Source: Betaproteobacteria bacterium (GTDB lineage: Bacteria; Pseudomonadota; Gammaproteobacteria; Burkholderiales; Burkholderiaceae_C). From it: a DNA stretch of 64,000 nt. Under the pieces are notes generated by a model, which was not told the DNA's origin, did not search any database, and worked only from the letters and a program-made list of their open reading frames with translations. The DNA lies in the NCBI GenBank assembly GCA_043743835.1, contig JAYTVT010000032.1:7599-71598 (forward strand), given 5' to 3'. Position 1 is the first letter of the stretch. Each line of letters begins with the position of its first letter. Below are positions 29,219 through 37,725 of this stretch, one piece after another. The position numbers and the translations under genes were made by a program.

Positions 29219-30535
29219 TCAGAGTTTTTGCAAGGCGGCGCGTGCAAGGTCAACGTAGCGGCCGTTCGGGTAAGCGGCCAGGTAGGCTTCGTAGTCGGCC
29301 CGGCGCTTGCTGGTGGCGGCGCGGTCCCACAGCTCGAACTCTGCCTGCGGGTTGTGGGCTGCTGTGGGTTTGGGCGCGGCCACGGGCGCCGGTGCTGGTG
29401 CTGGGGCAGCAGCCATGCCCGCGATCTTGGTGCGGGCCTGGGGCGTGTAGCGGCCCTCAGGGTATTGCGACACGAACCGCTCCAGCGCGGCTCGGGTGCC
29501 CACTTTGACGGCGGCTTCCCAGTCGTCGAATTCGCGCTGCGGGCTGTAGCCACCTGGGGCAGGTGCTGGGGCCGGCGCCGGCGAAGGTGCCGGTGGCCTG
29601 ACCACAGGCGCCGGGGCCGGCGACGGTGGCGGTGGCGCGCTGAAGACAGGCGCCGGCGCAGGGGCTGGGCTCGGGGGCGCGAACACCGGGGCCGGCGCAG
29701 TTGACGGAATGGCTGAGCCGCTGGGGTAGAAGAAAAAGTCGGTCGACGACTCGTCCACCAGTGACGGCCGTTGCGCATGGTTGACGCTGGCCGCCGCCGT
29801 TTCCACACTGAGCTTGACCCGCTTGAGCATGTCGCCGGCCGACAAGCCCGGGTTGCGGATCTGTTTGATCAGTTCACGGGTAAACAGACCATTGGGCACC
29901 GTGTCGGCGTTGTTCAGGCGGTCCAGCGCTTCTTGCCCCTTGGACGCGGCCATGATGATCATGCTGCCCTTGGGAGGCTCGATGCGCCCCAGCCCAGAGC
30001 CCGGCGGCAAGGACCGGCCGTTGGTGGTTTCGCGGAAAGGGTCGTTGCGACAGGCGTCGATGATGACCAGCGAAAAGCGGGCGCGCTTATTCAGGTCGTC
30101 AACCAGTTGCTCCAGCGACAGCCCGTCGCGCGAAATGGCCCGTTCGCCGGTGACCTTGATGTCCACGGGCAGCAGGAAGGGCCCCATCTGCGGCGGCTGC
30201 GAACCGTGGCCGGAAAAAAAGAAGACCACCTCATCGCCTTTGTCGATGCGGCGCAAAAAACCATCGAGCTGGTCGTTCAAACCGTCTCGCGTGGCGTCCA
30301 GCACCCGGGTGACCTTGAAGCCGGCAGCCTCAAGTTCCCGGGCCAGCGACTGCGCGTCGTTGCGTGCATTGCGCAACTTGGTGATGCTGGTGTAGTTGTC
30401 GTTGCCCACCACCATGGCCAGGCGCGCCGCCTGGGCTTGCAACAGCAGGCAGGCGGCTGCAACCGCCGTGCTCAGCACCAGGCGTGGCAGGCGGGGGGCT
30501 TTGGCGAACCTGGGCGCCAGCCGTTGGGAACTCAT
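29219..30535 (-). CDS. Secreted caspase-family (C14, p20-type) protease with Pro-rich linker and two C-terminal helical repeats
   Basis: Signal peptide ending AQA; RLAMVVGNDNY, LRNARNDA, FFSGHG (His), IIDACRND (Cys), NGLFT; repeats EF..W...YP.GRY...AR. Confidence 0.9.
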   Translation of the reverse strand: MSSQRLAPRFAKAPRLPRLVLSTAVAAACLLLQAQAARLAMVVGNDNYTSITKLRNARNDAQSLARELEAAGFKVTRVLDATRDGLNDQLDGFLRRIDKGDEVVFFFSGHGSQPPQMGPFLLPVDIKVTGERAISRDGLSLEQLVDDLNKRARFSLVIIDACRNDPFRETTNGRSLPPGSGLGRIEPPKGSMIIMAASKGQEALDRLNNADTVPNGLFTRELIKQIRNPGLSAGDMLKRVKLSVETAAASVNHAQRPSLVDESSTDFFFYPSGSAIPSTAPAPVFAPPSPAPAPAPVFSAPPPPSPAPAPVVRPPAPSPAPAPAPAPGGYSPQREFDDWEAAVKVGTRAALERFVSQYPEGRYTPQARTKIAGMAAAPAPAPAPVAAPKPTAAHNPQAEFELWDRAATSKRRADYEAYLAAYPNGRYVDLARAALQKL

Positions 30536-31194
30536 TGCGGGGCCTTTCTGATTTCAACGCGGCGGTGCGTGCCGCTGGTGTCCTTGTTGTCGGCCAGCAG
30601 CCGGGTACTACCAAAACCGTAGGCCGACAGGCGCGGCTCGGCCACGCCCTTGGCCATCAGGTAGCGGCGCACGGCCAGCGCACGGGCACATGACAACTCC
30701 AGGTTGATGCGGGCGTCGCCGGTGGTGTCGGTGTGGCCGGCCACCGCAAAGCTGTCGCTGGCCAGTTCAGGGCGCTTGAGGGCTGCGGCCAAGGTGTCCA
30801 GCAGCGCGCGGTCGGGCGCGGTGAGTTTGTCCGACGCGTTGGCAAACTGCACGCTCAGGTTGACGCCAGGCGTGGTGTCGCCAGCGTAGGGCACGACTTC
30901 CAGGTTGCGCTTGTTGGATCCGGAAGGGGCGGCCGGGTTTGCAGCGGCAGGGGCTGCTTGTTCAGCGCACAGGCTGGACCCCACGTCGGGCAATTGGGTG
31001 CGTTTGAAGGACCGTGTGGCGGGCCCGCTGCTCAGCGCGTTGACGAGTGCGTCCACCGTGGTCTGGCTCATCGGCTGCTGGGCGTCGGCGGGCAAGCTGA
31101 CCGCCAACAAGGCCGCCAGGCCGACCGACACGACTGCCGTCGGCAAGGGCCAACGCGAGACAGCGGCAAGAAAGTGCAGGTGTTTGGCGGTCAT
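30532..31194 (-). CDS. OmpA-family peptidoglycan-binding domain protein, exported
   Basis: Signal peptide; VQFANAS, AGHTDTTG, NLELSCARA and RRVEI motifs; ATGA overlap with the caspase start. Confidence 0.9.
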   Translation of the reverse strand: MTAKHLHFLAAVSRWPLPTAVVSVGLAALLAVSLPADAQQPMSQTTVDALVNALSSGPATRSFKRTQLPDVGSSLCAEQAAPAAANPAAPSGSNKRNLEVVPYAGDTTPGVNLSVQFANASDKLTAPDRALLDTLAAALKRPELASDSFAVAGHTDTTGDARINLELSCARALAVRRYLMAKGVAEPRLSAYGFGSTRLLADNKDTSGTHRRVEIRKAPQ

Positions 31195-31515
31195 GGTGTG
31201 GGCGAAGTTGAAGCCGTCGGGACAAGATCGCGGTCGACAAACTCGTCGATATCGATCCTATGTTGGCCTACGCAAGAATAACGGTGCCAAAGGATCATCG
31301 GCGCTGATGCAGCGCGGTGTCGTGAATTTGCCTCAGCATTGGTCGCCCCTCCAGGCGCGCCCGTGGCCAGGGCGCAAGTGAGCCCCTGGCCCGAGCGGAC
31401 CAAGCCAGGGTGGCGTTTGCGGACCGGTAAGCTAGCAGTATCCCGGGTGGCCGCAGGGCCAGGCCACCTGCACCATCATCTTCGAACTTCCGATCGATCA
31501 CAGGAGCAAGCGACC

Positions 31516-32010
31516 ATGGCAACCCTCAACGTCAATGGCCAGGTGCGCCAGCACAACGCCGAGGCCGACACCCCCTTGCTGTGGGTGCTGCGTGAGCAAC
31601 TCGGCCTGACGGGCACCAAGTACGGCTGCGGGGTGGCCCAGTGCGGGTCTTGCACGGTGCACCTGGACGGCGCGGCAGTGCGCAGTTGTGTCTTGCCGGT
31701 GGGTGCAGTGCAGGCCAGCCAGAAGGTCACCACCATCGAAGCCTTGCACCCGCAGGGCCTGCACGCCCTGCAAAAAGCCTGGGTGGCCAACGACGTGCCG
31801 CAGTGCGGCTACTGCCAAAGTGGCATGCTTATGGCGGCAGCCGCCCTGCTCAAGAGCAAACCGCGGCCCACCGACGCCGACATCGACGCGGCCATGACCA
31901 ACATCTGCCGCTGCGGCACCTACAACCGGGTGCGTCTGGCCATCAAGCAGGCTGCGGGCGAGATCAAGAGCGCCGGCCTGGACATCGTTCACGTGGTCAG
32001 GAGCGTCTGA
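31516..32010 (+). CDS. 2x[2Fe-2S] small subunit of a xanthine-oxidase-family enzyme (IorA-like)
   Basis: [24 protein letters not shown] and NICRCGTY motifs. Confidence 0.93.
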   Translation: MATLNVNGQVRQHNAEADTPLLWVLREQLGLTGTKYGCGVAQCGSCTVHLDGAAVRSCVLPVGAVQASQKVTTIEALHPQGLHALQKAWVANDVPQCGYCQSGMLMAAAALLKSKPRPTDADIDAAMTNICRCGTYNRVRLAIKQAAGEIKSAGLDIVHVVRSV

Positions 32011-34187
32011 TGAGCACCCTCATGAACCGTCGCGAGTTTTTGGGTACCACCGTGGTTTCCACGGCCGCAGCGGGCGCTTTGGTCTTGGGCTTTCCCACGG
32101 GCGCGGCGGCCCAGGGCCAGGCGCCAGAGGTCAACGCCTGGGTGGTGGTGCAGCCCGATGACAAGGTCATCATCCGTATCGCGCGCAGCGAAATGGGGCA
32201 GGGCACGCTGACCGGCCTGGCGCAGATGGTGGCGGAAGAGCTGGAGTGCGACTGGGCCCGAGTCGTCACCGAGTACCCCACGCCGGGGCAGAACCTGGCC
32301 CGCAAACGGGTTTGGGGCAACTTCAGCACCGGCGGCAGCAACGGCATACGCCAAAGCCAGGACTACGTGCGCAAGGGCGGGGCAGCGGCACGCATGATGC
32401 TGGTGCAGGCGGCGGCCGACGAATGGAAGGTGCCCGCCAGCGAATGCAGCGTGGCCGCCGGTGTGATCAGCCATGCCGGCTCAGGCCGGCGCACCACCTA
32501 TGGCAAGGTGGCCACGGCGGCGGGCCAGCTCAGCGCACCCAGCAACGTGGTCCTGAAAGACCCCAAGGACTGGAAGCTGGTGGGCAAGCGCCTGGCCCGC
32601 CTGGATACCGTCGACAAGACCAACGGCAAACAGATCTACGGCACCGACTTGCAGCTGCCGGGCATGCTCAATGCATCGATCCGAGCCTGCCCCGTCTTTG
32701 GCGGCCAGGTTCGCTCGTTTGATGCCGCGCAGGTGATGGGTATGCCGGGCGTGAAAAAGGTCGTCAAGGTGGGGCCTGATGCGGTGGCCGTGGTGGCCGA
32801 CACCTGGTGGCGAGCCAACAAGGCTGTCAACGCCTTGACCATCGACTGGGACCTGGGGCCTAACGCCAGCGTGCAGCAGGCAGCCATTAACGCCAGCTTG
32901 ACGGCCGGCCTGGACGCCGAGCAGGCCGTGGTGGGCAACAGCCGGGGTGACGCCAAACAGGCCCTGGCCAGCGCAGCGCGCCGGCTCGAAGCGGTCTACA
33001 GCTACCCGTACCAGAACCACGCCACCATGGAGCCGATGAACGCCACGGCGCGCTGGACGCCTGAGCGCTGCGAAGTCTGGACGCCCACCCAAAACGGCGA
33101 AGCCGCGCTGGCCGCCACCGCCGCTGCGGCTGGCTTGCCGCCCGCGCAGTGCGAGGTCTACAAGATCCACCTGGGTGGCGGTTTTGGGCGCCGCGGCGCG
33201 GTGCACGATTGGGTGCACCAGGCGGTGGCCATCGCCAAGGAAATGCCCGGCACCCCAGTCAAGCTGCTGTGGAGCCGTGAAGAAGACATGACCCATGGCC
33301 AGTACCACCCCATCACCCAGTGCAAGCTGACGGCGGGGCTGGACGCGCAGGGCAAGCTGACGGCGCTGCACATGCGCATATCGGGGCAAAGCATCCTGGC
33401 CAAGCTGTTTCCGCAGGCCGTGCGTGATGGCAAGGACCCGGTGGTCTTCCAGGGGCTGAACGACGGTGGTGGCGAAGCCATGATTGGCTACACCTTCCCC
33501 CACCTGCTGATCGACCACGCCATGCGCAACCCGCATGTGCCGCCGGGCTTCTGGCGCGGCGTCAACCTGAACCAGAACGCCGTGTACATGGAGTGTTTTG
33601 TCGACGAAATTGCCCACGCCACTGGCAAAGACCCGCTGGCGCTGCGGCGTGAGCTGATGCAAAGCCACCCCAAGCACCTGGCTGTTCTCAATGCCGTGGC
33701 CGAACGTGTCGGCTGGGGCCAGCCGGCGCCTGATGTGGGCGGGCAGAAAGTCTTCCGTGGGCTGAGCCAGACGCATGGCTTTGGCAGCTATGTGGCAGCC
33801 TGCGCCGAGGTCAGCGTCAGCCGCGAGGGTGTGCTCAAGGTGCACCGCATCGTGGCCGCCACCGACCCGGGTTATGCCGTCAACCCGCAGCAGATCGAAG
33901 CCCAGGTCGAAGGCAGTTTTGTCTACGGCCTGAGTGCGGCCTTGTTTGGCGAATGCACCGTGAAAGACGGCGCCATCGTGCAGAAAAACTTCGACACCTA
34001 CCCGGTGATGAAGATGGCCGATATGCCCAAAGTGGAGACCATCATCGTGGGTAGCGGTGGCTTCTGGGGTGGGGTGGGTGAGCCCACCATCGCGGTGGCC
34101 GCGCCGGCGGTGCTCAATGCGATCTTTGCCGCCACCGGCAAACGCATCCGCACCTTGCCTTTGAAGAACCAGAGCCTGAGGGCCTGA
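32010..34187 (+). CDS. Molybdopterin-binding large subunit (isoquinoline 1-oxidoreductase beta, IorB-like), Tat signal
   Basis: RREFLG leader; RSEMGQG, HATMEPMN, GGGFGRRG and GGVGEP motifs. Confidence 0.92.
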   Translation: MSTLMNRREFLGTTVVSTAAAGALVLGFPTGAAAQGQAPEVNAWVVVQPDDKVIIRIARSEMGQGTLTGLAQMVAEELECDWARVVTEYPTPGQNLARKRVWGNFSTGGSNGIRQSQDYVRKGGAAARMMLVQAAADEWKVPASECSVAAGVISHAGSGRRTTYGKVATAAGQLSAPSNVVLKDPKDWKLVGKRLARLDTVDKTNGKQIYGTDLQLPGMLNASIRACPVFGGQVRSFDAAQVMGMPGVKKVVKVGPDAVAVVADTWWRANKAVNALTIDWDLGPNASVQQAAINASLTAGLDAEQAVVGNSRGDAKQALASAARRLEAVYSYPYQNHATMEPMNATARWTPERCEVWTPTQNGEAALAATAAAAGLPPAQCEVYKIHLGGGFGRRGAVHDWVHQAVAIAKEMPGTPVKLLWSREEDMTHGQYHPITQCKLTAGLDAQGKLTALHMRISGQSILAKLFPQAVRDGKDPVVFQGLNDGGGEAMIGYTFPHLLIDHAMRNPHVPPGFWRGVNLNQNAVYMECFVDEIAHATGKDPLALRRELMQSHPKHLAVLNAVAERVGWGQPAPDVGGQKVFRGLSQTHGFGSYVAACAEVSVSREGVLKVHRIVAATDPGYAVNPQQIEAQVEGSFVYGLSAALFGECTVKDGAIVQKNFDTYPVMKMADMPKVETIIVGSGGFWGGVGEPTIAVAAPAVLNAIFAATGKRIRTLPLKNQSLRA

Positions 34188-34597
34188 TGACGGTGTGGGC
34201 CGCGCTGCTGGTGGGCACCGCGGTGGTGGTGGGCGATGGCATGCCGCAGCCCTTGAGCAACAGCGCCGGGGACGCCGAGCGCGGCCGCAGCATCGTGGGC
34301 AGCCGGCAAACGGGTTTGTGCATGCTGTGCCACAGCGGGCCGGTGTCGGCCGACTTCCCGCTGGCTTCGCAGCAGGGCCAACTGGCCACCGACCTGCACG
34401 GGGCCGGCACGCGTTGGTCCGAAGCACAGCTGCGGCTGCGCATCGTTGACAGCCGGCTGATCAACCCCGACAGCCTGATGCCGGCGCTGCACCGCACCCA
34501 AGGTCTGCAGCGGGTGGGCCGCGCCTGGCAAGACCGGCCTGTGCTCAGCGCCCAGCAGGTCGAAGACGTGGTGGCTTACTTGAAAACCTTGCGCTGA
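34187..34597 (+). CDS. soxX: SoxX-like monoheme cytochrome c
   Basis: GDAERG, CMLCH heme site, NPDSLMP; TGATG coupled. Confidence 0.8.
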   Translation: MTVWAALLVGTAVVVGDGMPQPLSNSAGDAERGRSIVGSRQTGLCMLCHSGPVSADFPLASQQGQLATDLHGAGTRWSEAQLRLRIVDSRLINPDSLMPALHRTQGLQRVGRAWQDRPVLSAQQVEDVVAYLKTLR

Positions 34598-35025
34598 TGG
34601 ACCGCAGGCAGCTGGTGCTGTGCGGCCTGTCCGCCGTGGTCGGCGGCGCGGCTTGGGCTACGCCGCAAGCCCTGCAGGCGGCGATCGTCGTTTTCAGCGG
34701 TGGCACGCCCGTGCGCGAAGGCCGGGTGAAGCTGGACATCTCGCCGCTGGTGGAAAACGGCAACACCGTGCCCGTGATCGTCTCTGTCCCCGGCCTGGAC
34801 GCCACCGAGGTGCGCCGCCTGGCTTTGTTCACCGAGCGCAACCCGCAGCCCGAAGTGGCGGTGTTTCAGCTGGGCCCCTTGGCCGGGCAGGCTTGGGTGG
34901 CCACGCGTATTCGCCTGGCCACCTCGCAAACGGTGGTGGCTGTGGCGCAGCTGACCGATGGCAGCTGCTGGCAGCACCGCGTGCAGTTGGTGGTGACGCT
35001 GGCGGCTTGCATCGAGGGCGACTGA
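34597..35025 (+). CDS. soxY: SoxY-related carrier protein with AACIE C-terminal arm
   Basis: Tat-like DRRQL; ENGNTVPV, ERNPQP and TRIRLA motifs; ends VTLAACIEGD instead of GGCGG. Confidence 0.8.
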   Translation: MDRRQLVLCGLSAVVGGAAWATPQALQAAIVVFSGGTPVREGRVKLDISPLVENGNTVPVIVSVPGLDATEVRRLALFTERNPQPEVAVFQLGPLAGQAWVATRIRLATSQTVVAVAQLTDGSCWQHRVQLVVTLAACIEGD

Positions 35026-35027
35026 AC

Positions 35028-35354
35028 ATGAGCACCTTGCGCGCCATCGTCACGGCACCCGCCAGCGCGCGTGTAGGTGAAGTGGTGGAGGTGCGCGTGC
35101 TGGCCCAGCATCCGATGGAAACCGGCTACCGCCGCAGCAGCGAAGGTGAGCTGTTGGTGCGCGACCTGCTGCGCCGGGTGGAGTGCCGTTTTGATGGCGA
35201 GCTGGTGATCAGCGCTGAATTGCACGCTGCGGTCTCGGCCAACCCTTACCTGGCCTTTCAGCTGAAGGTGCCGCGCAGCGGGGTACTCACCGTCAGCTGG
35301 TCCGGTGATCGTGGGCTGGTGCACACCGAGTCGGTTCGCATCGCCGCCACATGA
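35028..35354 (+). CDS. soxZ: SoxZ-like protein
   Basis: VEVRVLAQHPMETGYRR and AVSANPYLAF motifs. Confidence 0.85.
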   Translation: MSTLRAIVTAPASARVGEVVEVRVLAQHPMETGYRRSSEGELLVRDLLRRVECRFDGELVISAELHAAVSANPYLAFQLKVPRSGVLTVSWSGDRGLVHTESVRIAAT

Positions 35355-36130
35355 GGGTGCCAAGTGGACCCGTGAACGCATGGCGCCGGGCTTTTTGGCG
35401 CAGTGGCCCGGGCTTGTCACTGAGCCTGTTGCTGCTGGCAATGGGCAGTGTGCAGGCCCAGCGCTTGTCGGGCTACGCCTTCATGGGGCCTTCCAGCCAA
35501 GCCTTGCAGAACGACGACTCGCAAAACCCCGCCTTCCTCTGGGTCAAAGATGGGCAGCAGCGTTTTGAGGCCGCCTGCACGCGCTGCCACAGCGTGGCCA
35601 GTCTGCGCGGGGTGGCCACTCGCTACCCCGCCTGGGACGCGCTGGACGGCAAGCCGGTGACGCTGTCGGCACGCATTCAGCTGTGCCAGGTGCGCCACGT
35701 CAAGGCAGCGCCTTGGGCACCTGAGAGCGACGCGCTGCTGGGGCTGGAGGCTTATGTCGCTCACCAGTCCCGTACCCTGCCGATTCAAGCCGCCCGTGAT
35801 CCGCGCTTACAGGCAGCGTTGTCCCAAGGTGGGCAGCTGTACCAACAAGGCTTGGGGCAGTTGGACCTGTCTTGTTCCCAGTGCCACGACACCTTGGCCG
35901 GGCGCCGCCTGGGCGGCAGCACCATTCCTCAAGCGCACCCCACCGGCTACCCGCTTTACCGTCTGGAGTGGCAAGCCGTGGGCTCGCTTCAGCGGCGCTT
36001 GCGCCACTGCATGAGCGGCGTGCGTGCCGAGCCCTATGCTTATGGCAGCGACGAACTCACAGCGCTCGAGCTGTATTTGATGAACCGTGCCGCCGGCCTG
36101 CCGCTTGAAACCCCAGCCGTGCGACCTTGA
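35351..36130 (+). CDS. soxA: SoxA-like diheme cytochrome c
   Basis: CTRCH and CSQCH heme sites; YPLYRLEWQ, QRRLRHC and ALELYL motifs. Confidence 0.85.
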   Translation: MRVPSGPVNAWRRAFWRSGPGLSLSLLLLAMGSVQAQRLSGYAFMGPSSQALQNDDSQNPAFLWVKDGQQRFEAACTRCHSVASLRGVATRYPAWDALDGKPVTLSARIQLCQVRHVKAAPWAPESDALLGLEAYVAHQSRTLPIQAARDPRLQAALSQGGQLYQQGLGQLDLSCSQCHDTLAGRRLGGSTIPQAHPTGYPLYRLEWQAVGSLQRRLRHCMSGVRAEPYAYGSDELTALELYLMNRAAGLPLETPAVRP

Positions 36131-36137
36131 AGCATCC

Positions 36138-36677
36138 ATGACATCACCCACGCCCCTGCAAGAGACCCAAGCCTGGCTCGAAAAGGCTGTGATCGGCTTG
36201 AACCTGTGCCCCTTCGCCAAGGCGGTGCACACCAAAGGGCAGATCCGCTGGGTGCTGTCCACGGCTGACCAGCCCCTGGCGCTGCTGAAAGAACTGGTCA
36301 GGGAGCTGAAGCTGCTGGCTGAGGCCGACCCGGAACAGGTGGACACCACGCTCATCGTCCACCCCCAAGTGCTGCAGGACTTCGAGGATTTCAACGACTT
36401 CCTGGGCGTGGTCGAAGACGCCTTGACCGATCTTGGCTTGGACGGCGTGCTGCAGGTGGCCAGCTTTCACCCGCAGTTTCAGTTTGCCGACACCGAAGCC
36501 GACGACGTCACCAACGCCACCAACCGCTCGCCATTTCCCACGCTACACCTGCTGCGCGAAGACAGCGTTGAGCGTGCGGTGGCGGCTTTCCCCGAAGCTG
36601 AGCTGATCTTTGAACGCAACATGCAAACGCTGCAGGCGCTGGGTTCCGAAGGCTGGAGTCGCTTGCTGGCGCCCTGA
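36138..36677 (+). CDS. DUF1415 family protein
   Basis: VIGLNLCPFA, QVASFHP and NRSPFPTLHLLRE motifs. Confidence 0.88.
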   Translation: MTSPTPLQETQAWLEKAVIGLNLCPFAKAVHTKGQIRWVLSTADQPLALLKELVRELKLLAEADPEQVDTTLIVHPQVLQDFEDFNDFLGVVEDALTDLGLDGVLQVASFHPQFQFADTEADDVTNATNRSPFPTLHLLREDSVERAVAAFPEAELIFERNMQTLQALGSEGWSRLLAP

Positions 36678-36729
36678 GTCGACGGGCCAGCTGCCTCGTG
36701 CCTGCCATCTGCGCAGTGCAACCTTGACT

Positions 36730-37593
36730 TCAGGTGCGCCCGCCTTGGCCCAAGGAGCGTCTGCGCAATGAGCGAATCAAGGCTGAAAACCAGGCCGAGG
36801 CACGTGCCGGGCTGACACGGTAGATCCAGTCTCCCACCCGGGCGTCCCCCCCAATCAGCAGCCTCGAGCGCCCTCGCAGCAAGGCCCGCACGATGCGTTC
36901 GGCCGCCGCCTGCGGGCTGGTGCGGGCCAGTTCGGAAAACTGGCGCTGCAGGTCCTGGGCGTTGTCGGCCAGCGCCGAGATGTCGCCCAGCCTGGCATTC
37001 ACAGCAATCTGCGTGCGGATGCCACCGGGGTGCACGCACAAGACTTGCACACCCTGGTGCTGGCCTTCGGCCCGCAACTCCTCGCGCAGCGCGTCCGAGA
37101 ACGCCCGCACGGCCGCTTTGCTGGCGTTGTAGAAAGCCTGCGTGGGTGACGACAGCATGGCGTAGATGCTGGAGATGTTGACGATGACGCTGCCCGGTCG
37201 CGCGCGCAGCTGCGGCGCAAAGGCGCGGCAGCCATGCACCACGCCCCAGAAGTTGATGTCCATCAGCCACTGGGCGTCGTCCAGAGCGGTGCTCAGCACG
37301 GGGCTGACCAGGGCCACGCCGGCGTTGTTGATCAGGATGTCGGTGCCTTGCAACTCCAGCGCTGCCCGTTCAGCCAACAGCGCCAACTGTGCAGGCTGAG
37401 CCACGTCGCAGGTTTGGGTCAGGCATACCGCGCCTTGTGCACGCAAGGCCATCGCTGCGGCTTGCAGCCCGCTGGCGTCCACATCGGCCAACAGCAAGCG
37501 CGCACCGCGCGCCGCCAGGGCGTGGGCCAGCGCCAAGCCGATGCCCGAGGCGGCGCCGGTCACCACGGCGGTTTTGTTCTTCAAGTCGTTCAT
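36730..37593 (-). CDS. Short-chain dehydrogenase/reductase
   Basis: TGAASGIG, NNAGV, YNASK and HPGGIRT motifs. Confidence 0.9.
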   Translation of the reverse strand: MNDLKNKTAVVTGAASGIGLALAHALAARGARLLLADVDASGLQAAAMALRAQGAVCLTQTCDVAQPAQLALLAERAALELQGTDILINNAGVALVSPVLSTALDDAQWLMDINFWGVVHGCRAFAPQLRARPGSVIVNISSIYAMLSSPTQAFYNASKAAVRAFSDALREELRAEGQHQGVQVLCVHPGGIRTQIAVNARLGDISALADNAQDLQRQFSELARTSPQAAAERIVRALLRGRSRLLIGGDARVGDWIYRVSPARASAWFSALIRSLRRRSLGQGGRT

Positions 37594-37725
37594 CGAAGTC
37601 GGCCTTGGTCGCTGTGCACCCGCTGACTGTACGCAGTTGGCGGCAGCCGGTTCACCCTGGGCCTGCCGAGCCAAGAGCAGCCGGGTACAGTGTCGGGCTG
37701 CCCTTGAACCGCTGGAGACCCCAAC

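Noticed and set aside
24778-31515. Caspase-serpin block as a mobile genomic island
   Set aside because: No integrase, transposase, tRNA or flanking direct repeats seen, and composition looks similar to the neighbours by eye.
32481-34427. 648-aa minus-strand ORF
   Set aside because: Antisense to iorB/soxX, which carry clear family motifs.
34187-36130. Canonical thiosulfate-oxidising Sox system
   Set aside because: SoxY lacks GGCGG, and soxB/soxCD are absent from the window.
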